Made by a program: the position numbers and the translations under genes | Assembly (NCBI GenBank): GCA_021647245.1 | Contig: JAKIVC010000011.1 | Location: 1,470-65,469, forward strand | Length of the DNA stretch: 64,000 bases | Direction: 5' to 3' | Source of the DNA: Gammaproteobacteria bacterium | GTDB lineage: Bacteria > Pseudomonadota > Gammaproteobacteria > RBG-16-57-12 | Notes under the pieces: model-generated | What the model was told of the DNA's origin: nothing | The model's database searches: none | The model's input: the letters and a program-made list of their open reading frames with translations, nothing else | Part shown: positions 34,403 through 43,708 of the stretch, one piece after another | Layout: every line of letters starts with the position of its first letter | Position numbering within the stretch: position 1 is the stretch's first letter

Positions 34403-36619
34403 ATGGTATCAAGAGCAACCTCAGAACTTGGCATTGATGGCAAGCATCCCTTTGACCTGGAGGGGTGGCTTGCACACGTCCATAATGGTCGTAATACATC
34501 GGAGATGGCATCCATTCGCCGCGCTTATGAGGTAGCTGATAATGCACATAGCGGGCAAACACGCGCATCCGGCATCCCCTACATTTTGCACTGTGTTGCG
34601 GTGGCCGATATTTTGGCTGACTTGCGGATGGACAGTAATACCATCATTGCCGCACTGCTGCACGACACCATCGAAGACACGGCCATAACACTGAACGACC
34701 TGCACGAGCAGTTTGGTGAAGATGTCGCCACCCTGGTCGCTTCAGTCACTAAAATGCGCCGCCTGCCCGGTTGGCGCAATGATGAACCCCTGCCCGATAA
34801 ACAGCACCTCTACGCCGAGAATCTCCGAAAAATGGTCTTGGCGATGGCTGAAGATGTGCGGGTTGTGTTGATCAAACTGGCAGACCGTACTCATAACATG
34901 CGCACCCTGGGCGCGCTCTCAAAAGAGCGCCGCCAACGTATCGCCCGCGAAACACTCGAGATTGTAGCGCCCCTGGCCAACCGCCTGGGAATTTGGCAGG
35001 TCAAGTGGGAGCTGGAAGATCTTGCTTTAAAATATCTTGACCCTGAGAGCTATCACTACATCGCTTCCAAACTTGATGAACGGCGTATTGAGCGCTTGGA
35101 ATATATCGATACTTTTGTAAATACCCTGAAGGAGCACTTGGCGCAAGCGGGCATCAAGGCGATGGTAAAAGGCCGTCCCAAACACCTCTACAGCATCTGG
35201 CGCAAGATGACGCGCAAGCAGTTGGAGTTTGAAAACATCTTTGATGTGCGTGCTGTGCGTGTAGTGGTAGAGGAGGTTTCACAATGCTATAGCGCACTAG
35301 GCATTGTGCATAGTCTCTGGTCTTATGTGCCGGGTGAGTTTGATGACTATATCGCCACGCCAAAAGGGAATAACTACCGCTCGCTGCACACAGCAGTAAT
35401 GGGCTCTGAGGGTAAAACGGTTGAGGTACAAATTCGCACTCAGGATATGGATCATCATGCTGAGTATGGCGTGGCCGCCCATTGGCGCTACAAAGAGGGC
35501 GGTAAGTTTGAAGAGGGGTTTAACGAAAAAGTAGCTTGGTTAAGGCAGGTACTGGAGTGGAAAGAAGAGGCGATTGATGCCAGTGATTTCATCGATCAGT
35601 TCAAATCAGATGTGCTCAGTGACCGGGTTTATGTATTGACTCCCAAGGGGCGGATATTAGATCTTCCACAAGGCGCTACCCCGATTGATTTCGCCTATGC
35701 CATCCATACCGATGTGGGACACGGCTGTCGAGGTGCTGAGGTGAACGGGCGCATCGTGAGCCTAGGCCATCAACTGCAAAATGGTGAGCAGGTCAAAATC
35801 CTCAATGTTAAAAATGGCTCACCTACCCGAGACTGGCTTAACCCCCACCTTGGTTACATCAAGACATCGCGAGCGCGCTCACGTATTTTGCAATGGTTTA
35901 AGCACCAGGACTTTGACAAAAATGTGCTGGAGGGACGCAAGCTGTTGGAGCGGGAGCTGGGTCGGCTCAATGTTGGCGGCACCAATTTAGAGAAGCTGGC
36001 CAAGCGGATGAAGTTTGAACAGCTGGATAGCTTTATGGCTGCCATTGCCCGTGGCGATATAAAAATGGGTAGCGTTATGAATGTATTGCAGGCGTCGCTG
36101 CACGAACATAGCGACTCCTTAAGGGATAATTTCCAACAGAAAAGCACCCCGCGAAAAAGTAGCTCCGGCGATATATTGATCCATGGCGTTGGAGATCTAC
36201 TGACTCACATGGCCAACTGCTGCAAACCCGTGCCCGGCGATCCCATTGTCGGCTATATCACCCAAGGGCGCGGCGTGACCGTCCACCGCCGTAGCTGTAG
36301 CAATGCGATGCAACTGCGCAGTGAAAACAGTGTGCGATTGATTGAAGTGGGTTGGGAGGGTGAGGCGAGCAGCACTTATCCTGTGGACATTAAGGTGATT
36401 GCATTTGATCGTACCGGGCTGCTGCGTGATGTGCTCTCAGTGCTCACCCATGACAGTGTCAATATTCTCGCTTCAAAATCGCACACCAACCCCGACAACC
36501 TGCAAGTCGACATGATGTTAACTATCGAAATCAACAGCTTAGACCAGTTGAGTCGGGTATTAACTAAAATAAGCCAGCTCCCCAATGTTCAAGAAGCGAT
36601 ACGCAACAAAGGGAAGTAG
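34403..36619 (+). CDS. relA: RelA/SpoT-family (p)ppGpp synthetase/hydrolase, long RSH
   Basis: 738 aa; HD domain with intact HDTIEDT and RASGIPYILHCVAVA; synthetase domain RelA-like (RPKHLYSIWRKM, DVRAVRVVV, acidic EFDD); TGS and ACT C-terminal domains. Confidence 0.85.
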   Translation: MVSRATSELGIDGKHPFDLEGWLAHVHNGRNTSEMASIRRAYEVADNAHSGQTRASGIPYILHCVAVADILADLRMDSNTIIAALLHDTIEDTAITLNDLHEQFGEDVATLVASVTKMRRLPGWRNDEPLPDKQHLYAENLRKMVLAMAEDVRVVLIKLADRTHNMRTLGALSKERRQRIARETLEIVAPLANRLGIWQVKWELEDLALKYLDPESYHYIASKLDERRIERLEYIDTFVNTLKEHLAQAGIKAMVKGRPKHLYSIWRKMTRKQLEFENIFDVRAVRVVVEEVSQCYSALGIVHSLWSYVPGEFDDYIATPKGNNYRSLHTAVMGSEGKTVEVQIRTQDMDHHAEYGVAAHWRYKEGGKFEEGFNEKVAWLRQVLEWKEEAIDASDFIDQFKSDVLSDRVYVLTPKGRILDLPQGATPIDFAYAIHTDVGHGCRGAEVNGRIVSLGHQLQNGEQVKILNVKNGSPTRDWLNPHLGYIKTSRARSRILQWFKHQDFDKNVLEGRKLLERELGRLNVGGTNLEKLAKRMKFEQLDSFMAAIARGDIKMGSVMNVLQASLHEHSDSLRDNFQQKSTPRKSSSGDILIHGVGDLLTHMANCCKPVPGDPIVGYITQGRGVTVHRRSCSNAMQLRSENSVRLIEVGWEGEASSTYPVDIKVIAFDRTGLLRDVLSVLTHDSVNILASKSHTNPDNLQVDMMLTIEINSLDQLSRVLTKISQLPNVQEAIRNKGK

Positions 36620-36656
36620 TTCATAACTTAATGAAATCACCCAGCTATAAATCGGG

Positions 36657-37118
36657 CTAAAAGAGATAGCGTCCGCCGCTAGCGATAGCCGTCGTGATAA
36701 GCCCCAATATCAGATTGACCAACACCCCAATGCGAATCCAGTTGAGATGTTTAGCAGCCTTTTTGTAATCCTCATCCATCAAGGCAAGGCGCAACTGAAT
36801 ATAGGGAACAAAAAAGACTGCCAGGAAGATTAAAATCATCAAAATCCCCAGCAGCGTCATAATATGCACGTGAAGGCCAATGGACAACATATCCGGAAAC
36901 AGATTAAACACCATCCAGAAGCCCGTTACCGGCAGCATGATGATCGCCACCCAGACCCAGGTGAAAAACTTAGCCAGCGTTTGCCCCCACAAGGGGAGGC
37001 GCTGTGAGGGTTCCAACGTGGCATTGGCCGCAGGGCGCAGGGCAACATAGGCGAAAAACATGCCGCCAACCCAAAGGGTCGCAGCAAGAATATGCATTAT
37101 TTTGGCAAATGCGATCAT
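36657..37118 (-). CDS. CopD/DUF2269-like integral membrane protein
   Basis: 153 aa, four predicted TM helices; N-terminus MIAFAKIMHILAATLWVGGMFF resembles the CopD-like small membrane protein family. Confidence 0.5.
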   Translation of the reverse strand: MIAFAKIMHILAATLWVGGMFFAYVALRPAANATLEPSQRLPLWGQTLAKFFTWVWVAIIMLPVTGFWMVFNLFPDMLSIGLHVHIMTLLGILMILIFLAVFFVPYIQLRLALMDEDYKKAAKHLNWIRIGVLVNLILGLITTAIASGGRYLF

Positions 37119-37183
37119 TTAAATCATTCTCTTCAAAATTTAAGTGGCTGATTGAGACCTTTGCACGAGCAGATACAAAGAGA

Positions 37184-38017
37184 TCACTGATTAAGTGGCT
37201 TCAAAACGACCTCTGCGCCAGCCGCATTTAGCCTAAGCCAGCTACCAATACGAGAAAGCAGCCACCCTTCAGCAGCCCAAAAGTTATTATTGGCGCTGCC
37301 CACTCTCTCCTGTCGATAATGAGACCTTTGCGCCCGTATCGCTACCGCTTTACGTTCACGTGCATGTTGCTGTGTGTCGTCTGATTCCCGGCTACCCAGT
37401 ATATCAAGTATAGGGAGGGCTGTTTTTAGTTGTAACAGTTTTCTAGGTAAATAGGTCGTGGCTAATCCCTCGTGAATACGGAAACGTATGGCAATAAAAG
37501 CCTTAATATAAACAGCATGCCTTGGCGCCAACTCACCCGATAAGAAGTGGCTAATCGCCGTCGCTCCCAGGCCATGACCCATTAAGACAATATTGTAGAT
37601 GCCAATGCCCGTAAAATACTCTACGGCGGCAACAATACGAGCCGTTGCCTGGTCAATGACCTTCTGCTGATTTATAGCCGACAACACCACATCATTACTC
37701 AGCAGTGGCAGCTGAACTGACACCGTAGGCCAACCACTTTTAGGCAGACCATAGCGCAGTGGTGAAATCACCTCAGGCCAGTCTGGGTGGGCATCCATAT
37801 CGTGCAAGAGAATAACCCCACCCCTCTTCTCCACCTCAGGGTGCTCAACTTTTAAGCTCAAAAAGCGCCCGCTATTATCGTTTAACCATAGCGCCTCATG
37901 ACCACCAATACGCTCAACTAACTCCGTAGCCACTAACCGCTCACGCGCTTGATCTAGCGCCTCAGCCACACTGATTGGCAAGAGACAGATAATAAACAGT
38001 AGTGGGCATAGCCGCAT
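37184..38017 (-). CDS. secreted alpha/beta-hydrolase-fold protein (DUF3530-like)
   Basis: 277 aa with signal peptide; GHGLGA nucleophile-elbow-like motif. Confidence 0.5.
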   Translation of the reverse strand: MRLCPLLFIICLLPISVAEALDQARERLVATELVERIGGHEALWLNDNSGRFLSLKVEHPEVEKRGGVILLHDMDAHPDWPEVISPLRYGLPKSGWPTVSVQLPLLSNDVVLSAINQQKVIDQATARIVAAVEYFTGIGIYNIVLMGHGLGATAISHFLSGELAPRHAVYIKAFIAIRFRIHEGLATTYLPRKLLQLKTALPILDILGSRESDDTQQHARERKAVAIRAQRSHYRQERVGSANNNFWAAEGWLLSRIGSWLRLNAAGAEVVLKPLNQ

Positions 38018-38224
38018 ATGGATCCTTCCTGTAACTGGCCGTTATGTTTTGTGAGACAGCACGCAAGCCTGTGATAATATAGACGTTATTATCTGCATCA
38101 ACAGATCAAGCCGAATCAACTACCCACTGCGCATAATTTATGGATTATTCAAAGAGGCCGATATTTAGACTAGCGTCCCTCTATTTTAATCGTATTTCTC
38201 AGGACAGATACTATTTTAAACTTT

Positions 38225-39097
38225 ATGGCCACTACAGATAATACTTTGCTCAAGCGCCTCTGCGTTGGCACTGCTCTTATCTGCCTGCTTTTACTGCCAC
38301 CCCTCTCTTTTGCTATGGAGCCAGAAGGAGATTCGGTAGAAGCGTTGGTAGAAGAGGAGCCAATCCCCTTCGCTTCGTTGCCCTATGCGGCTCGCATGGA
38401 ACTGAATGAAGTACTGCTGACAATCTGGGAGTCTGCCAAACAAGAGGGCAATTTAATGAATGCCCGGCGCACACTACTCGCTTACCTGCGAAGCCCTGAA
38501 GGGAAGCATGAAACAGAAAATGGCTTTCTCGCAAACTCCTATCTATTTCATGTGCTGTTGGCGCGTGTTGGGCTATTAGAGCCCATGATGAACCAACTGG
38601 GGGATGGCAAAAACAAAGGTTTGCACTGGTTTTCCCATGGTCTGTTACGCATTTATGAAAAAAAATCAGCTCAAGCTTCCAGTAGTTTTGCCAAGGGTGT
38701 TTTTAGCGCATTGCAGTTAGGTGAGGCAGACTATAAGCGACTGACAGATGCCGATATCGATGTAAAGTATTTCCCCAGCATGACCTCTTATAGCAATGCC
38801 GCTTTTATTGCGGGGCGATTTTATAAAATGTCTTACTGGGAACAACAAAAAATCCTCAATATAGCTATTGCGGAGAAAGTGACAACCATAGAGATCATCC
38901 CCGCTGACCTGGTGACCCCCAGCAGTGAGAGTTACCAACTTCAAGCGCTTTACTACAACCTAGGTGCTTACTTGGTGCTTGAGGAGTATAACGACACCTA
39001 TGCGGTAAAAGAGTTTTTCAACGATCCGGATGACCTCTATAACATCCTGCGGGAGCGTTTTGGCTATGATGCTCGTGAGATCTTTAAACGTCGATAA
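38225..39097 (+). CDS. hypothetical secreted protein
   Basis: 290 aa; N-terminal signal peptide (LICLLLLPPLSFAMEP); no recognisable motif. Confidence 0.45.
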   Translation: MATTDNTLLKRLCVGTALICLLLLPPLSFAMEPEGDSVEALVEEEPIPFASLPYAARMELNEVLLTIWESAKQEGNLMNARRTLLAYLRSPEGKHETENGFLANSYLFHVLLARVGLLEPMMNQLGDGKNKGLHWFSHGLLRIYEKKSAQASSSFAKGVFSALQLGEADYKRLTDADIDVKYFPSMTSYSNAAFIAGRFYKMSYWEQQKILNIAIAEKVTTIEIIPADLVTPSSESYQLQALYYNLGAYLVLEEYNDTYAVKEFFNDPDDLYNILRERFGYDAREIFKRR

Positions 39098-39156
39098 TCG
39101 CCTGGCGCCGCCAATGAAAGATGGCCGATTTAAAAGACGAACAGCATAAAAAAAGC

Positions 39157-39185
39157 CCTCATAATGAGGGCTTTTTACCTTGATA
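39157..39185. terminator. bidirectional terminator between hypothetical gene (+) and tRNA-Thr (-)
   Basis: aaaaaaa-GCCCTCA-taa-TGAGGGC-ttttt. Confidence 0.75.
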
Positions 39186-39201
39186 TACAAGGTATTTTGT
39201 G

Positions 39202-39277
<76 letters not shown>

Positions 39278-39316
39278 GACGTGGTGCATAATACTCAAAA
39301 GCCGTTTTAATTACAA

Positions 39317-39958
39317 TCAATTACACGGATTATTTTCATATTTAAGCAAAGAAAATTGTTCATCCATTATTTCTGATATTTTTTCATTTTGCGACGCAGA
39401 GAGCGGCCCTAAATTGACACTGTAAATGTGGTGCGTCTTATAGCGCGGAGCGATTAACACCGTAATGTCTTTGGTTGAAAACCACGCCACTCGGTCAAGT
39501 GCGGCGGCATGCTGTGTATATAGACCCAGTGAAATACTGTTCTTATTTCTACCCGCCTCGATGACATACAGGTCGTTAACTCCCAAAGCAACCAACTCTC
39601 GCTGTATTTCTCTGGCTTTCCCTATTGTCTCTTGCGCGGGCACATAGACCCAGTAGCTCTCAGCCTCCTCAACCTGTTGATGGTCACTTGCAAATGGTAG
39701 CCCCAATACCGTTAGCTGCTCGACCAACTGATCAAATATTGGCGTTTCTACTAATCCCTTGATCTCATAACAGTCTGTTATCTCTTCGACCGGAGCCACC
39801 ACGGGCAGACCAAGGCGCTCGGAAGCGAGTTCAAGTAGAGGCTTGTCCACGGCGTAATCCGTACTAACATCGTTCCCGGCAACCTCAACCACACCTTGTT
39901 GATAGAGGTAAAAAACCAGACCATTCAGCACAATTAATATGGCAATGAAAACCTTCAT
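39317..39958 (-). CDS. SPOR-domain membrane protein (cell-division associated)
   Basis: 213 aa; N-terminal TM helix, C-terminal SPOR-like region (WVYVPAQETIGKAREIQRELVALGVNDLYVIE...ISLGLY). Confidence 0.5.
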   Translation of the reverse strand: MKVFIAILIVLNGLVFYLYQQGVVEVAGNDVSTDYAVDKPLLELASERLGLPVVAPVEEITDCYEIKGLVETPIFDQLVEQLTVLGLPFASDHQQVEEAESYWVYVPAQETIGKAREIQRELVALGVNDLYVIEAGRNKNSISLGLYTQHAAALDRVAWFSTKDITVLIAPRYKTHHIYSVNLGPLSASQNEKISEIMDEQFSLLKYENNPCN

Positions 39959-39985
39959 TCAACCCTCATTTGTAAACAGATAAGA

Positions 39986-40744
39986 CTACACTTCGCTCAT
40001 CTGGCGGCTAACACACAATAAACCATTCAGAACCAGGTTTGCATCATATTCAAAAGTCTTATCAAGCAGAGGAATCAGCGTAGGCGCATCGCCACCGGTA
40101 ATAAAAAACCGCGTATCGCGACCCGTACCCACTACTATATCGCTACAGACTCGATCAAGCATGGAGACCGCCGTGTATAGCGTGCCACCCATCACAGCCC
40201 CCTCAGTATCTCTAGCAAGAAGGCTGACCTCAGCCGGCAACTCATCTTTCAGACGAATACCGCGAGTACCCTTAACCAGTGCATTACGCATCAAAGACAA
40301 ACCGGGGGTGATCAGACCACCCAGGTGCTGACCATCACCGCCCACCACATCAATCGTAATAGCACTTCCGCAATCGATTACACAGGCCGGCACACCAAGA
40401 CGCCCTTCATCCGTTGCAGCAATCATCGCCAACCATCGATCAACGCCCAGCCGCTCTGGATTAACATAGCCATTAAGCAGCTTCCCCTGTTGTTTGGCTG
40501 TCTTGACCACCAAAACCTCACTCTGCCAACGCGCTTCTGCCCAGCAACTAAACATTTTAACAACACGAGGCGAGGCGACAGATGAGACCGCGATAATCAT
40601 CTGCTTTTCAACAGAGTACAACATCGCATCTAACTGTGACTCAAGCTCTTTAGAGACATACTCTGCCTCACCCATTGATGTAAACTCATCACCATTGATA
40701 ACAGCCCATTTAATTCGACTATTACCAATATCTACTAACAACAT
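39986..40744 (-). CDS. coaX: type III pantothenate kinase
   Basis: 252 aa; MLLVDIGNSRIKWAV N-terminus, Bvg accessory factor/CoaX family. Confidence 0.9.
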   Translation of the reverse strand: MLLVDIGNSRIKWAVINGDEFTSMGEAEYVSKELESQLDAMLYSVEKQMIIAVSSVASPRVVKMFSCWAEARWQSEVLVVKTAKQQGKLLNGYVNPERLGVDRWLAMIAATDEGRLGVPACVIDCGSAITIDVVGGDGQHLGGLITPGLSLMRNALVKGTRGIRLKDELPAEVSLLARDTEGAVMGGTLYTAVSMLDRVCSDIVVGTGRDTRFFITGGDAPTLIPLLDKTFEYDANLVLNGLLCVSRQMSEV

Positions 40745-41736
40745 AAATCACCACTATTTTCAGCAAGGCGCAAACTGACCTCACCACTATGAATTCGACG
40801 AATTTTACCCTGACTCAATAACAGTAATGCACCACTCTCATCAATCCCTTGCGCTATACCGCCTACTGTATCGCTGACACCGTGAATAACCACCTCTTTT
40901 CCCAACATCACATCAAGCTCATTCCAACGTTGAATCAGCTGACTCAAGCCACTCTGTGCATAATTCAAGAGCGCCTGATTGATTGACCTTAACAATAGTA
41001 TGGAGAGTTCATTGCGAGAGATATCCGAACCACCCTTTAACTCAACCAAATCAGTCCATGGCTGTGTAATCGCACCGGATTCACTAAACCCCTTCATATC
41101 AACATTAATACCCACACCAATCACCACACAACCAGAGCCACAGGGATCACCCGACATTTCCAAAAGAATACCCGCCACTTTCCTGTCACCGCAAAGAAGG
41201 TCATTTGGCCACTTAAGCCCTATACCCAAAACACTCATTTTTTCAAGTGCATCAACGACAGCGATACCGATCGCCAGACTGAGTCCGCCAATCCCATGAG
41301 GAGTATCCTCATAACGCCAAAGCAGCGAACAGTAAATGTTTTTTGCAAAAGGCGAGACCCACTGTCGGCCTCGTCGACCCCGCCCGGCACTCTGAAATTC
41401 GGAAAAAACAACCGAGCCACTCGGCTCACCCTTATGTGCCAGCTGCCATAAGTAACGATTTGTTGAGTCAATCGAGGGGAGAACCTTCACCCGACTGATC
41501 AAATGAGACCCTTGCATGCCATTAAGAATTCTCTTCTGATCTAACAACTCAACCGAATCGGCAAGTCTATACCCTTTACCAGGTAGTGAATAGATATCAA
41601 CACCATAAACACCCAACATTTGAATATGCTTCCAGATAGCCGTCCGGCTGAGCGCTAGCTCACGCGCAAGCTGACTGCCCGAATAAAACCGATCGACTGA
41701 GAGTTGTTTCAGTATGTAAAGAGCCGCATCATGCAT
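40735..41736 (-). CDS. birA: bifunctional biotin--[acetyl-CoA-carboxylase] ligase / bio operon repressor
   Basis: N-terminal HTH (LSGSQLARELALSRTAIWKHIQML), central BPL domain (GRGRRGRQW); start set at the MHDAAL ATG (track ORF begins further upstream). Confidence 0.88.
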   Translation of the reverse strand: MHDAALYILKQLSVDRFYSGSQLARELALSRTAIWKHIQMLGVYGVDIYSLPGKGYRLADSVELLDQKRILNGMQGSHLISRVKVLPSIDSTNRYLWQLAHKGEPSGSVVFSEFQSAGRGRRGRQWVSPFAKNIYCSLLWRYEDTPHGIGGLSLAIGIAVVDALEKMSVLGIGLKWPNDLLCGDRKVAGILLEMSGDPCGSGCVVIGVGINVDMKGFSESGAITQPWTDLVELKGGSDISRNELSILLLRSINQALLNYAQSGLSQLIQRWNELDVMLGKEVVIHGVSDTVGGIAQGIDESGALLLLSQGKIRRIHSGEVSLRLAENSGDLCC

Positions 41737-41787
41737 TACAAGATTATCTAAGATATAAAACCGCCATTCTACCATTCATTATGGGGA

Positions 41788-42189
41788 TTAAACTGCAATA
41801 ACAGAGGAAAACCACGAATGATAATCGTGAGAGAGTGCAACACCCACAATATATAGAAAAATAAGCAGCGACAAAGTGATAAAAAACAACTTCAACCTAA
41901 AAGTCCGTGCCGCATGAAGAGTGTAACCGGCAGCAGCAATATAGAGCAGCATGGCAACCAGTTTGGCCGTTAACCAACCATCAACAAACGGATATTGACC
42001 AAGCAGAGGAAGCATAGCAATCGCAGAAAGTAATAGCAGAGTCTCAACCATGTGCGGTGGATATTTAAGCCACGCTAAAGAGAGCTTTTCAGGATCACGA
42101 AGCAAGAAATATGAACGAAGACAAAAACCGGACAGTGATAAAACAACACAACTAATGTGTATGTATTTAATTATTTCGTAAGCAGCCAT
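41788..42189 (-). CDS. SirB2-family small membrane protein
   Basis: 133 aa, 4 TM helices; resembles SirB2/invasion-gene-expression up-regulator family. Confidence 0.5.
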   Translation of the reverse strand: MAAYEIIKYIHISCVVLSLSGFCLRSYFLLRDPEKLSLAWLKYPPHMVETLLLLSAIAMLPLLGQYPFVDGWLTAKLVAMLLYIAAAGYTLHAARTFRLKLFFITLSLLIFLYIVGVALSHDYHSWFSSVIAV

Positions 42190-42245
42190 GAGCTGATTAT
42201 CTCTGATTAATCACACAAATAGAACCACCACACCTTGCACAAGGC

Positions 42246-42277
42246 AAAAAAAGACCCTATCCAGATTGGATAGGGTC
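42246..42277 (-). terminator. rho-independent terminator ending the eCIS operon
   Basis: Forward aaaaaaa-GACCCTATCC-agatt-GGATAGGGTC; on the minus strand the perfect 10-bp stem is followed by a T-run, directly after the last eCIS gene. Confidence 0.8.
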
Positions 42278-42322
42278 TAAATACGCTTTAGCCGGACAGC
42301 TACACAATATAATTTAAAGCGA

Positions 42323-43699
42323 TCACTGCCATTGTGGATTGATAACTCGCCGATAATCTTGGGGGACCGTAATATTGCCACTGGCACCGCTGTTAATCAG
42401 CGCCAGCGGAGCATAACGATCACCATGGGACAGCGCTTTCTGTGCAGCAGGCCCATCCACACCTTGTGGCCACTCCACATCACCGGTCGCGGTACGTGCC
42501 GCAATCCACCACCAGTCACCAGACTGATACCAGTAGGACGCTGGCTCTGTCTCTTCGCCTTTCATAAGCGGGGGCTTGGGGAACTTAACCTCGACACCAT
42601 CCTCCAGCTCAATCCACTCATCCTGTACAATCGGAATCGTACCATGAGCACATTTAGCCGAGTGGTCCCAACGACGCAGCAAAGGTTTTTTTAGTGGATA
42701 AACCGACAACGCCCTTCCCATTGAAGGTGTACCGGAGAGCGTCACCTCCAAGGTGTCGGAATCAACCTCAACCACCTTGAGCAGGTTTTCCGCCTTGCGC
42801 TGCAGCTCATAAATATCATCTATCACCTCAATCCAATCGCCGACTTTTAGGCCGAAGTGTTGATCCCGCCCGAGATGCGCCAAGGTCACCGTATCACCGC
42901 TCAGCGCCCGAACCGGAAAAATCACCGAGCCATTTTCTCGGGACCATTTGAATGTAGCACCCCCACTCCCCTCACCACTGTGGTGAATCTCCACACGGTA
43001 GAGTTGGTTTTCAACACCTCGATAGCGATTTTCCGGCGCGGTAATACAGGGTTTACCTGCTTCAGAGGCTTTTTTTGCCTGTGCCTGTAGCAGCCCGTCG
43101 CCCTGTTTTATGATCTCTTTTCCCTTCAGCAGCGTTATAAAACTTTCGTAATCTTGCTTGAGGTCTTGCGCAGAACCACTCGTCGCCTCCGCCTCCTTTG
43201 CCGGCAATTCCAACAACCTCACCTGCCACACTGTTTTTAAACGGGTAGCTGTATCAGGCCCCGCTAAAGCAACCTCTCGAATATCATCATCTTCATCAGC
43301 GGTCATATGCCGCCACCAGAGATGCAGGTAAACCAAGTACGCCTTCCCATGCGCTATCTTTTCGCTGTCATCAGGAAAATAGTCCTCCTGTTGCGTAAAA
43401 AGGCAGTCATCACTATTTTGGCACAAGGCCCCCCGCACATAGTAGCGCCCCCGTTTGATGGTGAAATCGTGTGTCACGGTGGAACCACTGACATCATCTG
43501 TCTCTGGTTCAATTTTAAAGCTCTCGCCCGGCCCGCCATGCTCACCTATCAGATCTTCAGCCAAATTTTGCAGATTCAACCACTGTGTGATGGCCTGTTC
43601 ATTCCAGTCGGCGTCTAGCTGCACCCTGCCCTGCTGCATCAACAGCAGGGAGTACTGTTTTCGTTGATCATAGGTAATACGTGAAAAATCGCCTTTCAT
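42323..43699 (-). CDS. conserved eCIS/tail-associated protein of unknown function (terminal gene of operon)
   Basis: 458 aa; N-terminus MKGDFSRITYDQRKQYSLLLMQQGRVQLDADWNEQ; occupies the position where a fibre/receptor-binding protein (Afp13/gpH) would be expected. Confidence 0.55.
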   Translation of the reverse strand: MKGDFSRITYDQRKQYSLLLMQQGRVQLDADWNEQAITQWLNLQNLAEDLIGEHGGPGESFKIEPETDDVSGSTVTHDFTIKRGRYYVRGALCQNSDDCLFTQQEDYFPDDSEKIAHGKAYLVYLHLWWRHMTADEDDDIREVALAGPDTATRLKTVWQVRLLELPAKEAEATSGSAQDLKQDYESFITLLKGKEIIKQGDGLLQAQAKKASEAGKPCITAPENRYRGVENQLYRVEIHHSGEGSGGATFKWSRENGSVIFPVRALSGDTVTLAHLGRDQHFGLKVGDWIEVIDDIYELQRKAENLLKVVEVDSDTLEVTLSGTPSMGRALSVYPLKKPLLRRWDHSAKCAHGTIPIVQDEWIELEDGVEVKFPKPPLMKGEETEPASYWYQSGDWWWIAARTATGDVEWPQGVDGPAAQKALSHGDRYAPLALINSGASGNITVPQDYRRVINPQWQ

Positions 43700-43708
43700 A
43701 ACGCTCTC

